Of a stretch of 64,000 nt of DNA, positions 24,379-37,951 are shown one piece after another (position 1 is the first letter of the stretch; every line of letters begins with the position of its first letter). The notes under the pieces were generated by a model. That model made no database searches. It was not told the origin of the DNA and saw only the letters and a list, made by a program, of their open reading frames with translations. The position numbers and the translations under genes are program-made. Origin of the DNA: Eledone cirrhosa (lineage: Eukaryota); the NCBI GenBank assembly GCA_964016885.1, contig OZ024742.1, forward strand, positions 42,408,001 through 42,472,000. Reading direction: 5' to 3'.

Positions 24379-24386
<8 letters not shown>
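24185..24386. repeat. Perfect ~200-bp palindrome centred on GAT|ATC (24285/24286)
   Basis: Arms read as exact reverse complements; right end runs into (TA)n. Confidence 0.92.
24284..24346 (+). ncRNA. Hammerhead ribozyme motif (mirrored on minus strand at ~24225-24287)
   Basis: CUGAUGA 24288-94, stem II AAACACAAAUAU/AUAUUUGUUUUU, GAAA 24331-34, palindromic stem III UGCGCA, UA site. Confidence 0.65.
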
Positions 24387-24436
<50 letters not shown>

Positions 24437-24438
<2 letters not shown>

Positions 24439-24601
24439 AACGTTTCGACGGCTAATTCTGGACTAGTCCAGAATTAGCCGTCGAAACGGCTTGAGCTCAG
24501 CCGTCGGGGTCCTACTCGTTCCTATTACCCACTCTACTACCCTAAGTATTGAGTACTTTGGTGCGTTATGGTCCACATGGTTCCTTACCACATTTCCTTC
24601 G
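24437..24601 (+). mobile_element. PLE pLTR-like fragment between (TA)n tracts, with 48-bp palindrome and half hammerhead
   Basis: cgtttcgacggctaattctggac|tagtccag.. palindrome, then GAAA-CGGCU..AGCCG-UC; 3' part resembles 37678-37757. Confidence 0.55.
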
Positions 24602-24665
<64 letters not shown>

Positions 24666-25049
24666 GAGCTTCTACAAGTCTAGAACTGTTTCATTCGGGA
24701 GAAATCATCAGGAAGATAACTGTCCAAGTTATAATGGTGGTATTTATATATTTACTGGTGGTAGGAGAGGGTGGTGATTGGGATGGGTGGAGGTCATTGG
24801 TTGATGGGTTTAAAGAAAAGGGAATTCTTTAAAAACTGTTGCTATTAACTTAGGCAGGAGGCTGCCTTTAGCCACAAGGTCCTATGAGAAACTGCTAACA
24901 TGCTCGCCTGTATGCGTGCTGAACTCTGGGTCTTTCCGCTGGGAACAACCCCCTGTTCCCCCGCCCCCTTTTTTGTACATTCATCCATTCATTCATTCAT
25001 TTGCTAACATTCTACCTTCTTGTGTGCCCTCCTCTTGTCTTCTGACGCC

Positions 25050-27164
25050 TCCATATCTGATGTAGGTGAGCTATGAGGCCCTCTTATCAGCACTTTCCCT
25101 TCCACCCACACACGCCAGCAACTCACCCCTGATACCGCTCGGTGCCCCAGTCCCCGGCCCCACGCCCCATCCTCCATCCACACCAGTCGACACCTGCAGC
25201 ACATGCAGCACCACGAACAGACGGAAGAGGGGCCGGAACTATTCGGGGTGCGGCTGCTTCCACCACCTCACTTGTGTTGGCTTGACGCGTCGAGCTTCCA
25301 GAACCCTCGCAGCGTGGAGATGCAGAAACTGTCTCTTCCCCTCGTCTGCCCAGCCACGGCCGTCTGGCACACCACCAGATAGACAGCGAGCTTGCCTGAC
25401 GCCCAAACCTCGCTGGTCAATATCGCTCGGCTCAGGAAGCTCCGCAAGATCCCACTCAGGATCCCGAGAGCGGCCCGGGTGCCGGTGACCGATACCCTCG
25501 CTTCCTCGATTGAGAGCGCCCTGGACTCCAATCGAGCCAGTGACTGGGAGCGACTCTTCTATTTCGCCCCACTCGCCCTCGGCCTCCCCAGCTCTGGCGC
25601 TGACCGGGGCGGCCGGTCGACAGCAGCCTTTGTCAAGGCCAATGTTTCGGCCTTTGGGCAAACGCCCATCCCAAGCGTGCCTAGGGACGCCACACATCCC
25701 ACCCTCAGTTACCCCAATCCTCCACCCCTGAAGCCAACGCCAAGCGTTTGCGTGACCGCGTAATTGCCAAATTAATCATGGGTGATATATCGGCCGCAGT
25801 CAGAGTGGTTGCCTCAGAGGACACTGTCCTCCAACCCACCGAGGAGGTCCTGGCTGCCCTGCGACTCAAGCACCCCGAGCCACCCGCTGACCTCAGCCCC
25901 ATACCCCCACCCCACCCCGACTTTCTCCCTGTGACTTCCGACGCAGACAACATGTCCGCCATCAAGTCCTTCCCAGCTAACAGCAGCAGAGGTGCTGAAT
26001 GGTCTCCAACCAGGCCACCTCAAGGAGTTGCTATCCCCCCCTCTCCGCTGAGGCCGGGCGCTGCCTTCTGAGTGCAATTATGGCACTCACCAATAGGCTT
26101 ATCCATGGCGCCCTGAACCCTCACGCCCGAGGCCTCTTTTTTTCGGCTAGCCTCAAGGAAACGCCGATGCGCAGGCTATTATTATCTAGCTGCGTGCCAG
26201 TGGAGAAGGAGGGCAGGGCATGAAGCCAGGCACCACTGTGGGAATTGGAGGCCGCACGAAAACAGGCAAATCAGTTCTGGTCGAGCTGGCGCGTGAGACT
26301 GTCTGAAACCAGGCTGCACTGCTTTAGGGGGACTTGATGTCAGCAGGGGGAGAAGGAGGTGGGATGTCTACTGGGCTAAGTCCCAGCTGGTCCCACGTCT
26401 CACAGGCGGCCTCGCGTTCTATAGGGTTCTATTGTGTTTTGAAGAACCCTGCTGACGAGGACGCGGCATGAGGTTACCGATGGCAAAGCCAGTGAGGTCG
26501 GGGACTGGAAGCCAAGGCCGCCATACCTGACAGGTAAAGTGACCTGTTGCCATCCAATGTCGTCAAACCTGACGTTGCAAATCCCCTCGGCCTCCGGATC
26601 TGCGAGCCACACCAATGTCGCTGTGGATCCACCGTGGACCCTTTCGACTTCCACCCGCTTTCCTGTCGCCACAGTGCCGGCCGCCTTCCACGCCATGCTG
26701 CCCTCAACGAGGTCATAAAGCATGGCTTGGACGCTGAAGGCTTCCCTTCCCAGCTCGAGCCAGATGGCATGACCATCTTCCCGTTCCGCGGTGGCAAATT
26801 CCTCGTCTGGGACGCCACATACACCGACACTTTCTGCAGCCGCAACCTGGTGCAGTCTGCGACTAACACAGGTTCTGCTGCACGTCGGGCTGAGGAGGCC
26901 AAACTCTTCAAATACCGGTCGCTCTCCGACAGGTTTGCGGTTGTACCTTTCGCAGTGGAGACTTCTGGTGTCCTCGGCCCTAGGGCTACCTCCCTACTCA
27001 CCACCATAGGCGCTGAGCTGGCCAGTCGCAGGTGTGATCCCCGCGAGTTCGAGTGGCTTTTCCAGCGCGTCTCCCTTGCCGTCCTCCGGGGAAACGCCTT
27101 CTCTATTCTGTTCGCCGGGGCTGTGAGGAGACAAGCCGATTATATTACGAATTCTGTTGAATAG
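25050..27164 (+). mobile_element. Rearranged CRE-like non-LTR retrotransposon (PHD-like finger, RT deleted, restriction-like endonuclease)
   Basis: C..GCGCFHHLTCVGL..WRCRNC; RIPRAAR; LRLKHP; CRCG..HPLSC..RH, PDG, VWDAT, KY, PFAVETSG, LRGNA motifs in 26547-27164. Confidence 0.85.
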
Positions 27165-27386
27165 TCTTAAATACTATATAGTCTTTAAAAATACTAAATA
27201 GTCTTTAAAAACTATATTTAGAATAACAAAGGCAGAAAGAATTCTATAGACAAGTTCACACTGGGGGTGCCATTTTAGCCAGGTGTCTATACACACATAT
27301 ATAAAGCCGTTACTCCAACACACTCGCAAAACACACACTCTTATACCCATATATATATATACATACATATATACACATATACATAT

Positions 27387-27425
<39 letters not shown>

Positions 27426-27454
27426 TAGAATTTATATTCTTCGAATGAAAAGAT

Positions 27455-27536
27455 CCTTCTGACGAGATTCTTTCTTTGCAACGAAGGCCGTATGGACTCC
27501 GTTTATTTTTGAGAATCGAAACCGAATCGGTAAAGG
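27455..27536 (+). ncRNA. Type I hammerhead ribozyme, canonical core
   Basis: Stem I CCUU/AAGG, CUGACGA, stem II GAUUCU/AGAAUC, GAAA, stem III ACCG-AAU-CGGU, GUA cleavage at 27532. Confidence 0.8.
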
Positions 27537-27610
27537 TAACCATAGTAAGTAAAGTTAATTTTAAAAAATTTATTTTGAAACTTTTTCTTATTTGCTAATC
27601 CTTGATTATA

Positions 27611-27664
<54 letters not shown>

Positions 27665-27667
<3 letters not shown>

Positions 27668-27780
27668 TCATCACCGTTTTACGTCTGTTCTTCCACGCTA
27701 GCATGGGTTAGACGGGTTGTCCTGTTGTGGGCAGTAGCCGGTCGGCTGACCATGACTTGCTCATACGGGAACTGATTCTT
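27665..27780 (-). mobile_element. 3' tail of CORE-type SINE
   Basis: Reverse complement of 62605-62722 with (gat)n end. Confidence 0.75.
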
Positions 27781-29043
27781 TGGTGAAAGAATGGTAGAGT
27801 TGTCGTTGTTGTTGTTGCTGCTGCTATTGAAGAAAATGACATAGCAATTTCTCGGGTGTTTTCGCAGTGATGTGTTTGGCACTATTTTGAAGAGCATCGA
27901 AGCGAAGTCACAGTAAATCTTTTGTAGAATCGAACTTTGGTAAATAACTTGACGAAGTGATTCGTAAGCGTCGAGCGTTGAAGTGAAATTTGTGCTTAGC
28001 TTGGAGTCACCATTATGCACGTCACGTCTGACGCACCATAATGTGATGAGAAGGCTGTGAGTTCGAATCACATCGATGAATCGTGAAGTTTTGTGAAGCA
28101 GTGAAAATTTGTAAGCGTCGAATTCACCATTATGTGGTGAGAAGGATGTTGTTGTTTCGACTCGGATCACCATTTGTAATGAGAATATTGATGGTCACCA
28201 GTTGTAGCAGATTCGTAGAGGAAAACGAAAAGGCTGTGTTTTCGTTTCACGAGGTCACCAGTTGTAGTGGATAGGTCGTATTCTTTTGATGGGTGTTTGA
28301 TGAAAAGAATAATGCCATGATTGAGTTGTTAACAACGTTTATTTATTAATAACAATATTCAATTTAAACATCGAGTAATATTATTTATGACATGAACCAT
28401 CGCTACATTAAATTGCTAACTGCTACGAGCTAGCGTAAATGCTTGTATCAGAGAAGACGATGATGTAAAAGTTGTGTTGTGTCTTACAGATACAATATGA
28501 CAGGAAGAATAGGATGAGCGTAAAATGTAAACAATATGAACTTACTTTGTGTGTATGTGTGCCTATTCTTAGAATATATTCTTCTCAAGGATGCTACTTC
28601 ATGTCTGGCTGCCTGGCTGTGTCGGTGGTCGATAAGGTAGAAGCCAGTAAGGGCCAGGATAGAGAAAGGGTAAAAGGTTTACTGATGTCTACATCTTAGC
28701 ACTTGTTGACTGCTGCTTCGAGCCTGTCCTTTGGGTTCCTTAACTCCTTGTATTTATAATTGTTGCTAAAGTTAGAAGGGTGTATATATGAGGTTGATTT
28801 ATGATCAGCCATGTGGATATTGTCTCCCAAGAAGCTGAGGTCACAGTTCAAGTGGAATGTACGTTTATCATCGTTGATTTGACACGACAATGGTGGGAAC
28901 TTCCAACGATAGATTGTCCCAGAGGCGAGAAAGCTTAGATTCGGTTTCGAATCTTCACCGGTAAAACATAGGAGTATTCCGTTATGTATATTTATATATT
29001 TATATATTTATATATTTATATATATATATATATATATATATAC

Positions 29044-30155
29044 ACTAGCAGCAGGACGCGGCGTTGCACGGGGTAGGAAACGTGAAATAGCAACACGCAT
29101 ATGCAAAGATTGAGGAATGTAACTGTGTACTTTTTGAATTCCCTTATTCTCAGGGAATGATTGGTCATCTACTGGAAACGTGGAACACCATCAGGCCCGA
29201 ATCGTGAAACATCTGCATGCATGTGCAAAATCTGAAAAGAATCAGCTGGATACTCTTTAAGCGTACTAAATCTTAGAGTATGATTTTTCTTCCATTTGGA
29301 GGGAATCGGTTAGGTACTTTTTGAATTTTATAGATTCGTACCCAGTCATCCGGACAGACATCATCTGAAGGAACAACGTAGTCAATTGTGTGAAAACCAA
29401 GTAGGGGTGTACGTTTAAGTAGGGATACTGAGATGACGAAATCAGCGTGGCAATGCAGCTGCAGCAGAAGCGGGTCATAGTGAAATTAGCACAAACACTG
29501 GGCGGCACTGGTTGGACTGCGTTTACACAGCAACAAAGGTGCGACAAAAGGGGTCAACGCGGAATTAGCATAATCGCTGTTCAGCGTACTTCTGCAGGGC
29601 GTTCATATTGCAGTCTAGGCGCAACAAAAAAGGGGTCTTAGTAGAAGTAGCACAGGCGTGAGTTTTACGGTGTCAATAACACGGCAACGTACACAGGGCT
29701 CGGATTTGCGCAGGGCTCGGAAGCGTCAACAGGGCGCCGACAAAAATTTGAAGGTCCTCCTTATTTCTTCGATCCCCCGAAAATGGTCCTGCTTAAAAGT
29801 AAGTAAGTGTTGTGTCCTCTGTTAAATAAACCAAATTTGTAACGAAATATTATTTTTACGATGTTTAAGTAGCGTTTATATTGAAAATGAAAATGGCATG
29901 TAATGCCCAATGCTAATTCGTAAATTTCCTAGAAACCATTAATGGAATCGGAATTTTTTTTTTGTCCACAGCAATGCGAGGGAACTAACTAATGTGTGCT
30001 GCAAATTTCAAGGAAATCGGCTGGATTATCTTTAAGTTACGCCTCAAAAATGCCTAAAAAATGCGGTTTTTGGCCTAAGGGAGATAAAGTTTTTAGCCCA
30101 TTGCATTTCAAAAAATATAAGTAACGCTTGTGTAAAGTTTGAAAAATATATATTG
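29044..30155 (-). mobile_element. Non-autonomous Helitron, 5'-truncated
   Basis: Minus-strand end ccgtgcaacgccgcg..CTAGT; 29985-30150 homologous to 43570-43745. Confidence 0.65.
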
Positions 30156-30639
30156 AAAAAAAAAAAATCAGAGAATAAAATTTCATTTGAGTCCGACGAA
30201 TAAAAACTCATTACTCTAACAACTGAGAAATACAGAAAAAAAAAAATGCCAACGAGAATAATTATATTTTTGTTTGCTTGTTTTATTTATTTAGTGTATG
30301 TGTCCTTGTAATAGCGTAAATTTCTATTTTACATATTATATACCTAACACTTCGCGGGTTTGAGAAAGTACCTGATTTGTGACTAGTGCGAACAAGTCCA
30401 CTGCGATATGCTGAGAGGTATGAAAAAGGATCATACCGCATCGTCTTTCGCACAGGTCTTTCACAAGGAAAGCGTTTAGGCTTTAGGTAGAGGGGACCTT
30501 TCTAAAAATATATTGCAGTCTCCAGTTCATGCTGTAAAAACTGACGAGGGGCCTGCGACCTGCCCTTTGAGGCGCGGGATGGATGCACAAAGATTGCGTA
30601 TCCTGAGACCCCCAAAAAGGGTTCGGAAGGGAGCAGATC

Positions 30640-33475
30640 TTGACAATTGGAACTTGAAACTGAAACATCACAACCCTTGCAGGTAAAGAGCAGGAAGTAG
30701 TGGAGGAGGCTAGATGTTACAGGCTAGATAAAGTTGGAGTTTCCTCAACAGAGTTCTGTGGTCTTGTACTGTAGAATTGGATGGGAATTCCACCAGGTGT
30801 GACGCCAAAAATGACTGCACAGGAGGGAGTGGGGATACTCACAAGTCCTCGGCTGCCAGAATGTTTTATGGACTGGATACCATTAGGAAGGAGGATTTGC
30901 CCCTTGAAGCTTAGGCTGAAAGATAGGTCTGTGAGTGGTGCAAGTTTATGCACCAAACAAGGAGTTCGAATACAGGTCCTTCATTGAAGTCACTGCAGCG
31001 TTAAATGCAGTTAAGACTGAATCATAAATCCTGTTGGGAGACTTCAATGTATATCTTGGCACTGACCACTTGACATGGAAAGGAGTGATTGGAAGGAGCA
31101 GCGATCTAAATATGAATGGAGAGGCCTTATTAGACTTCTGTTCTAACAATGGACTCTCTATATGAACACCTTCTTCCAGCAAAGAGACATCCATAAATAT
31201 ACATGGTATAAGGAGAATCACGGACAGAGATCAATAATTGGTTTTGTTATTGTCTCTGTTCTCTTCGACTCTGTGCTGGATGTTCGTGCTAAGAGAGGAG
31301 CTGAGTTGTCAACTGATCACCATCTAGTTATCTGCTGCTTGAGACTACCTAATACCAAGGACGCCCACAAAACTGGTAGGTTGAGAGTGACATACAGGAT
31401 AAAGTGGGAAGCATTGGTGGATAAAGAAGTCAGGACCAAGTATGCAGATACTACTGCATCCAAATTCAGAGAACTCCCCGAGGACGTTGAAACGGAGTGG
31501 AGATTGTTCAGCTCAGCAGTTTCTGTATTAGATGGTAAATGCTGCGGGCGAAAGAAGCTTGGTGTGACGCCGGATGGCAAGAGGAACCCTTGGTTCAATC
31601 AAAAGGTCAAATATGCTATCCGAGAAAAGGAGGAGGCCTACAAAGCTTGGCTTGGAAATAAGTCCTCCTTGCACTTGTGGTACAAGCAGACATGAATAAT
31701 CGCAGCAGAGACAGTAAAGGCGTCAAAAGTTAAGACATGATAGAACTTTTAGGTTAAGCTAGAATCCGACTTCAGATCAGCAAATAAAGTGTCCTGGCAA
31801 AGCATCGGTCGACTTCATAGTAAGAAGACCTCCTCCACACCAACTATCAGTAACGTGCCTGAAGTTTTCCTCTCTTCAGAGCGGTGCATCCTCACGAGGT
31901 GGAGAGAATACTTTGCTGATCTCTTAAACCCGATCACAACAGCATCTTCTGATGTACACGAGGTGCATTTAGGAGCGGTGACTAATCTCTCTGAGGCTGA
32001 GGTCACCAGAGCGATTAAAGACCTCATGTGACAAGGCCGTTGGGGAGGAGGAAATTCGACCTGAGATATTAAAAACCTTAATTACAGAAGGTCTTCTGTG
32101 GCTGATACGTGTGTGTTGGGTGGCTTGGATCTCTGAGAAGGCACCTAAACAATGGCAATCGGGAGTGATAATCACAATTTTCAAAAAAAGGAGACAAGAG
32201 AGACTGCTCTAATTATTGAGGGATCTCCTTGTTAAGCATCCCCAGTAAAGTCTATGCTAAATGTCTGGTAAAGAGATGCAGGGAGATTGTCAAGTCCAAG
32301 CTAGCTAATAAACAGTGTGCCGACCAAATATTCACACTGCGGCAGGTATTTAAGAAATCGTAGAAGTACTACCAAGAGGTGTATTCTTGCTTTGTAGACC
32401 TTGAAAAAGCATATGGCCACGTTCCTCAGGACCTGCTGTAGAAGGTTGAGCAGGAGTATGGGATCAATGGTCCTCTTATTATTGCCCTGCTGTCTCTATA
32501 TGAATGCTAAAGTATTTGTGTTCGAATAAGTGGTACTAAATCAAAACCAGACAATGTAGGAGTCGGACACCGTCAAGGTTACGTTCTGTCACCTCTCCTG
32601 TTCATTATTATCAGGATTGACATGCGCAGCAGGATTGGGAGTGGGATCACGACTGGCCGTTGTAAATTCAGCCAGATGGAATTTGCAAACGACATGGAGT
32701 CACTTAACTCGACAGAAGGTGATCTCCGCCATGTACTTGATACGTTTGATGCTGAGTGCTGCATGGCTGGAATGAAAATCAGTGCTGCAAAAACTGAGAC
32801 ACTTGTCCTCTCAAGGAAGCCTGCGCAGTCATCTCTATATGTGAATGGAGTTCTTCTGAAGCAGGTGGACAAGCTCAAGTGTTTTGGGGTCATGTTCGCG
32901 AGTGATGGAAGGCAGGAGGTTGAATTAAGTGCAAGAATTGCAGGAGCTGGTGCAGTAATACGCCAGGTTCAGCTTTCGGTAATCAGAAAAAGATGTAAAA
33001 GTCAAACTCGCTATCTTCCATTCGATATTCGTGCCAACTCTTACCAATGGCCATGAATCTTGAGTAATGACCGAAAGAATACGATCGCGAATACAAGCTG
33101 CCGAAATACGCTTCCCCTGAAGGGTCTTTAGAGTAACGTTACTCTATTGAGTGTGAAGCTCGGAGATCAGAGAGTCACTCCAGATTAAGCTGCTACTTCT
33201 CCGAATTGGAAGATCACAGCTCCGATATTACAGGCATGCTGTTAGAATGTCCCAGGAAAGAATCGTTTACGGGCAAAACCAGCCGGTAGGAGACCCAGAG
33301 TTAGCCCCCGAGCAAGATGGTTGAATAACATCCATGAGCTCGGCTGATCTCGCTTTGGGGATCCAGCCGGATCAATTGGAGGCGGTTGCTTCTGATAAGA
33401 CCTGCTGGAAGGAGGAGTATTTGAGGACTCTGCCCCCACGACCCTCTCAGGAAGAAGTGGACGAACAAGAAGATA
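30640..33475 (+). pseudogene. Decayed near full-length RTE-clade LINE (APE + RT)
   Basis: GTWN, LLGDFN, NTFFQ..HKYTW, LSTDHHLV, FVDLEKAY, RQGYVLSPLLF, FAND; many stops and frameshifts. Confidence 0.88.
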
Positions 33476-33907
33476 TACCCTACATATTAACTTTTTACAC
33501 ACCTATATAATGATAATTTGTATGTTTAGGCACAGGTATTGTGGTGTATATGGGTAAAAAATTTACATTAACATATTAACATACTTTTGGTCATAGCTTC
33601 GTACTTACAAACACGCACATACTCTTTTACTTACACACACACACACACACGCACACACACACACACACACACACATGTATACGCACGCGCACAAGTATAG
33701 CTCATTATACAAAACGGTTTTCTTTCTATTTAAGGTAGACGCGCTCTATCATTCACGTTTCTAAAAAAATAAATCATACTCAAAACGCCAACATCAACAG
33801 TTTACCAAGAGATGGCAACATGAATGGACCTGTTATTTTTATCTAAAGACATTTTTTCCAGTTCCACACAATTTATCTTATTTCAATCTATCTTATTTCT
33901 CATGCTT

Positions 33908-33943
33908 TCTTCTGATGAAGGACTAGCGTCCAAAACGTTAAGA
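33908..33943 (+). ncRNA. Degenerate minimal hammerhead (G12A)
   Basis: UCUU-CUGAUGA-AGGAC-UAGC-GUCC-AAAA-CG-UU-AAGA. Confidence 0.55.
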
Positions 33944-34859
33944 CCCTCTACCTGCTATTTCAAGCGTTAACCTAATATATTCCTTCCATATACTGTACCG
34001 ATTGTGTTGTTATTTCTGTTTACCTTTTACACACACACGCACGCACGCACGCACGCACGCACGCACACGCACACATATATTGTTATATTTGGGGAGGGTC
34101 ATATTGTTATAATATTGCCAGAAATAATAATAGAACACACTCACTGTTTGGTTTGGGCTGGTTTTCGCTTCTGTACCTTTTATATCTCCATAGTTAATTT
34201 ATCTGGCAATCAATGTTTATCATTGATTGACCAACTGTTAAAAATACACATATAAACATATATAATCTATCAAAGTTCTTTCGTCACGGTTTACTTTAAA
34301 GCCTCATTAGAAAAATAATAGGTAAATGTGTAGTTATACTTTAAGGCATATATATCTCATTGAAAAATTTTTTTAGAGCATTAATTCAATCTGACTTTAC
34401 AATTGCATGAGATCTAAACATTTTCAAAACTTTCTACGATAAAACGTTTATAAAATGATAAGCACTGCCATATATCTTCAAAAAACATCTCCTAACAATC
34501 CCTGCTGCAACCAATTAACAGCTTTAACGTATTTTTGTGGAACGTATACTTGTGGAAAACAGTTAATTTTTTATTTTTTCATGTCTAAAAATATACCCAA
34601 TCTTACGCTTTTCCATTTATAAATTTATAATTCCATCCTCTTTGAATTCACATTACTTTGAATCCTGTATTGTTCTTGATAATTTGTCTTATGATATTAA
34701 TCAATTTATTTATTAATACAATGAACAAGGAAATAGTAACCTAAGTAAACATGAAAGAACAGCCGAACTCCCACCGTCATCGCCTCCATCTCTCTCGCCC
34801 TCCCTATCTCTCCGTATGGTGAGCAAATGGGGTCCCACGTGCTGGCCTCCCCACAGCCC

Positions 34860-35045
34860 CGGCGGACAGAATGGAGAAGGCGTTTCCCCAGAGGATGGTA
34901 AGGGAGATGCGCCGGAAGAGCTATTCCATCTCGCGAGTCTCACACCTGCGGCTGGCCAGCTCAGCGCCTATGGTGGTGAGTAGGGAGGTAGCCCTAGGGC
35001 CAAGGACACCAGAAGTCTCCACTGCCAGGGGCACGACCGCGAACT
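34860..35045 (-). pseudogene. CRE-like endonuclease 3' fragment
   Basis: Homologous to 26935-27125 (AVETSGVLGPRATSLLTTIG..GNAFSIL). Confidence 0.85.
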
Positions 35046-35284
35046 TCCTGAAGAGATACGGTTTGGAGTAGAGCACCTATAATGGAGTAATTTTACTGGT
35101 AATATCCGGGAGGGGGGAGGGTCACGATTGATGAGACACTCTAGCCGCATTGAAACGCCTTTAATTAAATCTTCAATAAATGCTCGGATTTACTCCTTAG
35201 AATCTTTGAGCTTCTTTTACAGTTGGAAAGACGCATGTTTCTCAGACAGGACATCTTTAATTTTGGTTTATATATATCTAGAGT

Positions 35285-35470
35285 TGACATTGCACTCAGT
35301 GCTCCTGTGGGAGCCCCTACATGGACACACTGGAAGAGGAAGACCAGGGTTAACGTATGTTGATGCCCTAAGGACAGACACTGGTCTGTTGGAGACGCAG
35401 GACATGGCAGCGATAATGAGGGACAGAGACCACTAGAGAGAACTCGTCCATGGATCTCGGGAATTTTACC
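35285..35470 (+). pseudogene. RTE-like LINE 3' fragment
   Basis: VLLWEPLHGHTGRGRPGLTYVDALRTDTGL. Confidence 0.75.
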
Positions 35471-35471
35471 C

Positions 35472-35489
<18 letters not shown>

Positions 35490-35510
<21 letters not shown>

Positions 35511-36500
35511 GTATGTGTGTGTGTGTGTCTGTGTATTACCTATAGGGACCTACATCTTACGACCGATTTTCATGAAACTTTACAGGCTCATAGATTAGTC
35601 ATCGGGGAGTGTTTTCTATATATCAGCATATCGTGTTTTTATTCCGGGGTCATTCTGCAGATAAAAATCGATAGGGGGGGTCACCTTTTTTTAGGTATCG
35701 AAAATTAAGATATTTGGCTCTAGCTCCCACATTTTGCCACCGATTTCGTTCAAATTTTAAAGCAAAATAGAATTTATCATTGCACATCCTGTAATGGCTT
35801 TATATTTTGCATTTGTTGTTCAGGGACGGCGTGGCAGCCGCTTAAATATAAAAAAATACAACTTTAGACTCAAATTTCCACTTTTTCGGCTCTAGCTCCC
35901 ACATTAATCAACGTACTTTGTTCAAATTTTACACTACGCTAGATCTGATTATTTCACGTCTTAAAGTCGCTTTACATTTTGGATTTTGTGTTCAGGAACG
36001 GCGTGGCAGCCGCTTAAATATTCGAAAATACCACCTTTTCGCTCAAATTTCCGCCTTTTCGGCTCTCGCTCCTACATTTTTCAACCGATTTCGTTCAAAT
36101 TCGAAACTTCGGCTCCACCTCATACATAAATCAATTTATTTGGTTCAACTTTTATACTACGATAGAACCTATCATTGCCCATCTTATAGATGGTCGAAGG
36201 CAAAACGATGGCCACTGACGTCGTCTGAGCTTTTAGTTGTGTATTTGAGAATTCATCGGTTTCCAATCAAGTAGCGTGAGGAAATTTGGCTTAGTGTTAG
36301 AGGTCATTACCTCCCTCGCCCAGCATGCCCCTTTGTCAGTCACCCGCGTTTCTCAGTGATAGAGGTCATCACCACCCTTCCCCGCATAGCCTGTGTGTGG
36401 CCATAAATTAGTCATCGAGAAGCAGTCGCTAAGATCAACACCTTTTCATCAAAGCTGATATTATTTTACCTACCCAGGCAACGCTGGGTACTGCTACTAG

Positions 36501-36501
<1 letters not shown>
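35490..36501 (+). mobile_element. Non-autonomous Helitron
   Basis: 5' tatatataaaa + (tg)n, internal direct repeats, 3' hairpin acccaggcaacgctgggt then CTAGT. Confidence 0.75.
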
Positions 36502-36545
<44 letters not shown>

Positions 36546-36556
36546 ATATAAATATA

Positions 36557-37660
36557 TTGTTATACTTTGGGAGGGTCATGTTGCCAATAAGAAACACACG
36601 CACCAGTTGCTTTCACTCCAATTTATTATAAATTAAATTATGAATTTAAAAAAAAAAAATTTATAAATTTTAGTTGGTTGGTTCCACAAGCGGACGGTTG
36701 TTCATATATTGTCAAAGTTCTTGCGTCACACATTATGTGACCTCTTCAGTGATTGGGGATTATTTTCTTTGTTTTGTGCCTCTCCTTTGTTCTGTCCTAC
36801 GCCATCTTGTTTTTGTGTATGTTGTGTGCTTAGTTTGCACATGTGTTACATCTGGGTGTCTGTGTGTGTTTTTATTTGTTTATTTACATGTTACTAGTAG
36901 GTTGTGTGTTCTATGTGTGTGTGTTTTCATTTTGTCCTTAATTGTAAGTTGTGACGTTGCTATTCCATTCATGTTTTCTATTTAATTTTGGTTGGAGTTC
37001 ATTTATGTTTATTGCCTTTGTGATTTGTCTAAACATTGCGTCTTTTCTGTGTGTAGATTCTATTTTTATTTCTATGTTCTCTAATTTGCCCTTATGTTCT
37101 ATTTTAGCATGTTGGTGGAGTACTGATGATTCTTTTCTATCTTGAAGCTCTCGCCAGTGTTCATTTAATCGTTCTCCTATACTATGAGCTGTTTCACCTA
37201 TGTACACTATATTCTTATCTTTACATTGTTCTTCAGTACATCTTATGCTATATACTATGTTTCTAGTTTTGCAGTTAATATGGGGGCTTAGTTTACAGAT
37301 TATGCATTTCTTATCTATACAGTGAGGTTTTTGAAAAGGGTATGTATTACTAATAAGTGTTTTTATGGAGGTACCTGGTCTTTCTACTATCTTAATATTT
37401 AGTTTAAGTTTATCTAGGGCCCTTCTAAATTTGTAAGTTAGTTCACCTCTAGGGATTGTATTGATAACATTACACTCTGGTATTTATTGCTATCATACCA
37501 TGAGTTTATTCTATTAACCTTATTCCTAGTTCTTTCTATTCTATTCCAAAATTTGATCTTATACAAGGGGCAGGTCCCATTATTTACCATTTTTTCCCAT
37601 TTGATTCTGGCTCCTCTATATACTCTGATTTTATTTTCAAATTCAGAAACGAAATATATA
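36557..37660 (-). pseudogene. PLE 3' fragment with GIY-YIG domain
   Basis: CIDKKCIIC linker, IVYSIRC..YIGET..RLNEH..H, PKLNRKHEW (ORF 36938-37207). Confidence 0.85.
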
Positions 37661-37769
37661 AATATATATATTCATATAACCACACTCTACTACCCCTAAT
37701 ATCGAATACTCTGGTGAGTAATGGTCTAACCAGTTTCTTAATGAATCTATCTTGATTCATATATATATA

Positions 37770-37950
37770 TAATTGTTTCTACTATTGGCACAAGGCCAGC
37801 AATTATCCCAGTGTATTACTGGTACTTTATTTTATCGACCCCGTAAGGATGAAAGGCAAAGTTAACCTCGGCGGGATTTGAACTCAGACCATAAAGGGCC
37901 GTAACTCTGCAAAGCATGGCGTCCGACACTCTACCGATACTGCCAATCCA
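37770..37950 (-). mobile_element. Family A SINE
   Basis: Close match to 21119-21309. Confidence 0.88.
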
Positions 37951-37951
37951 T

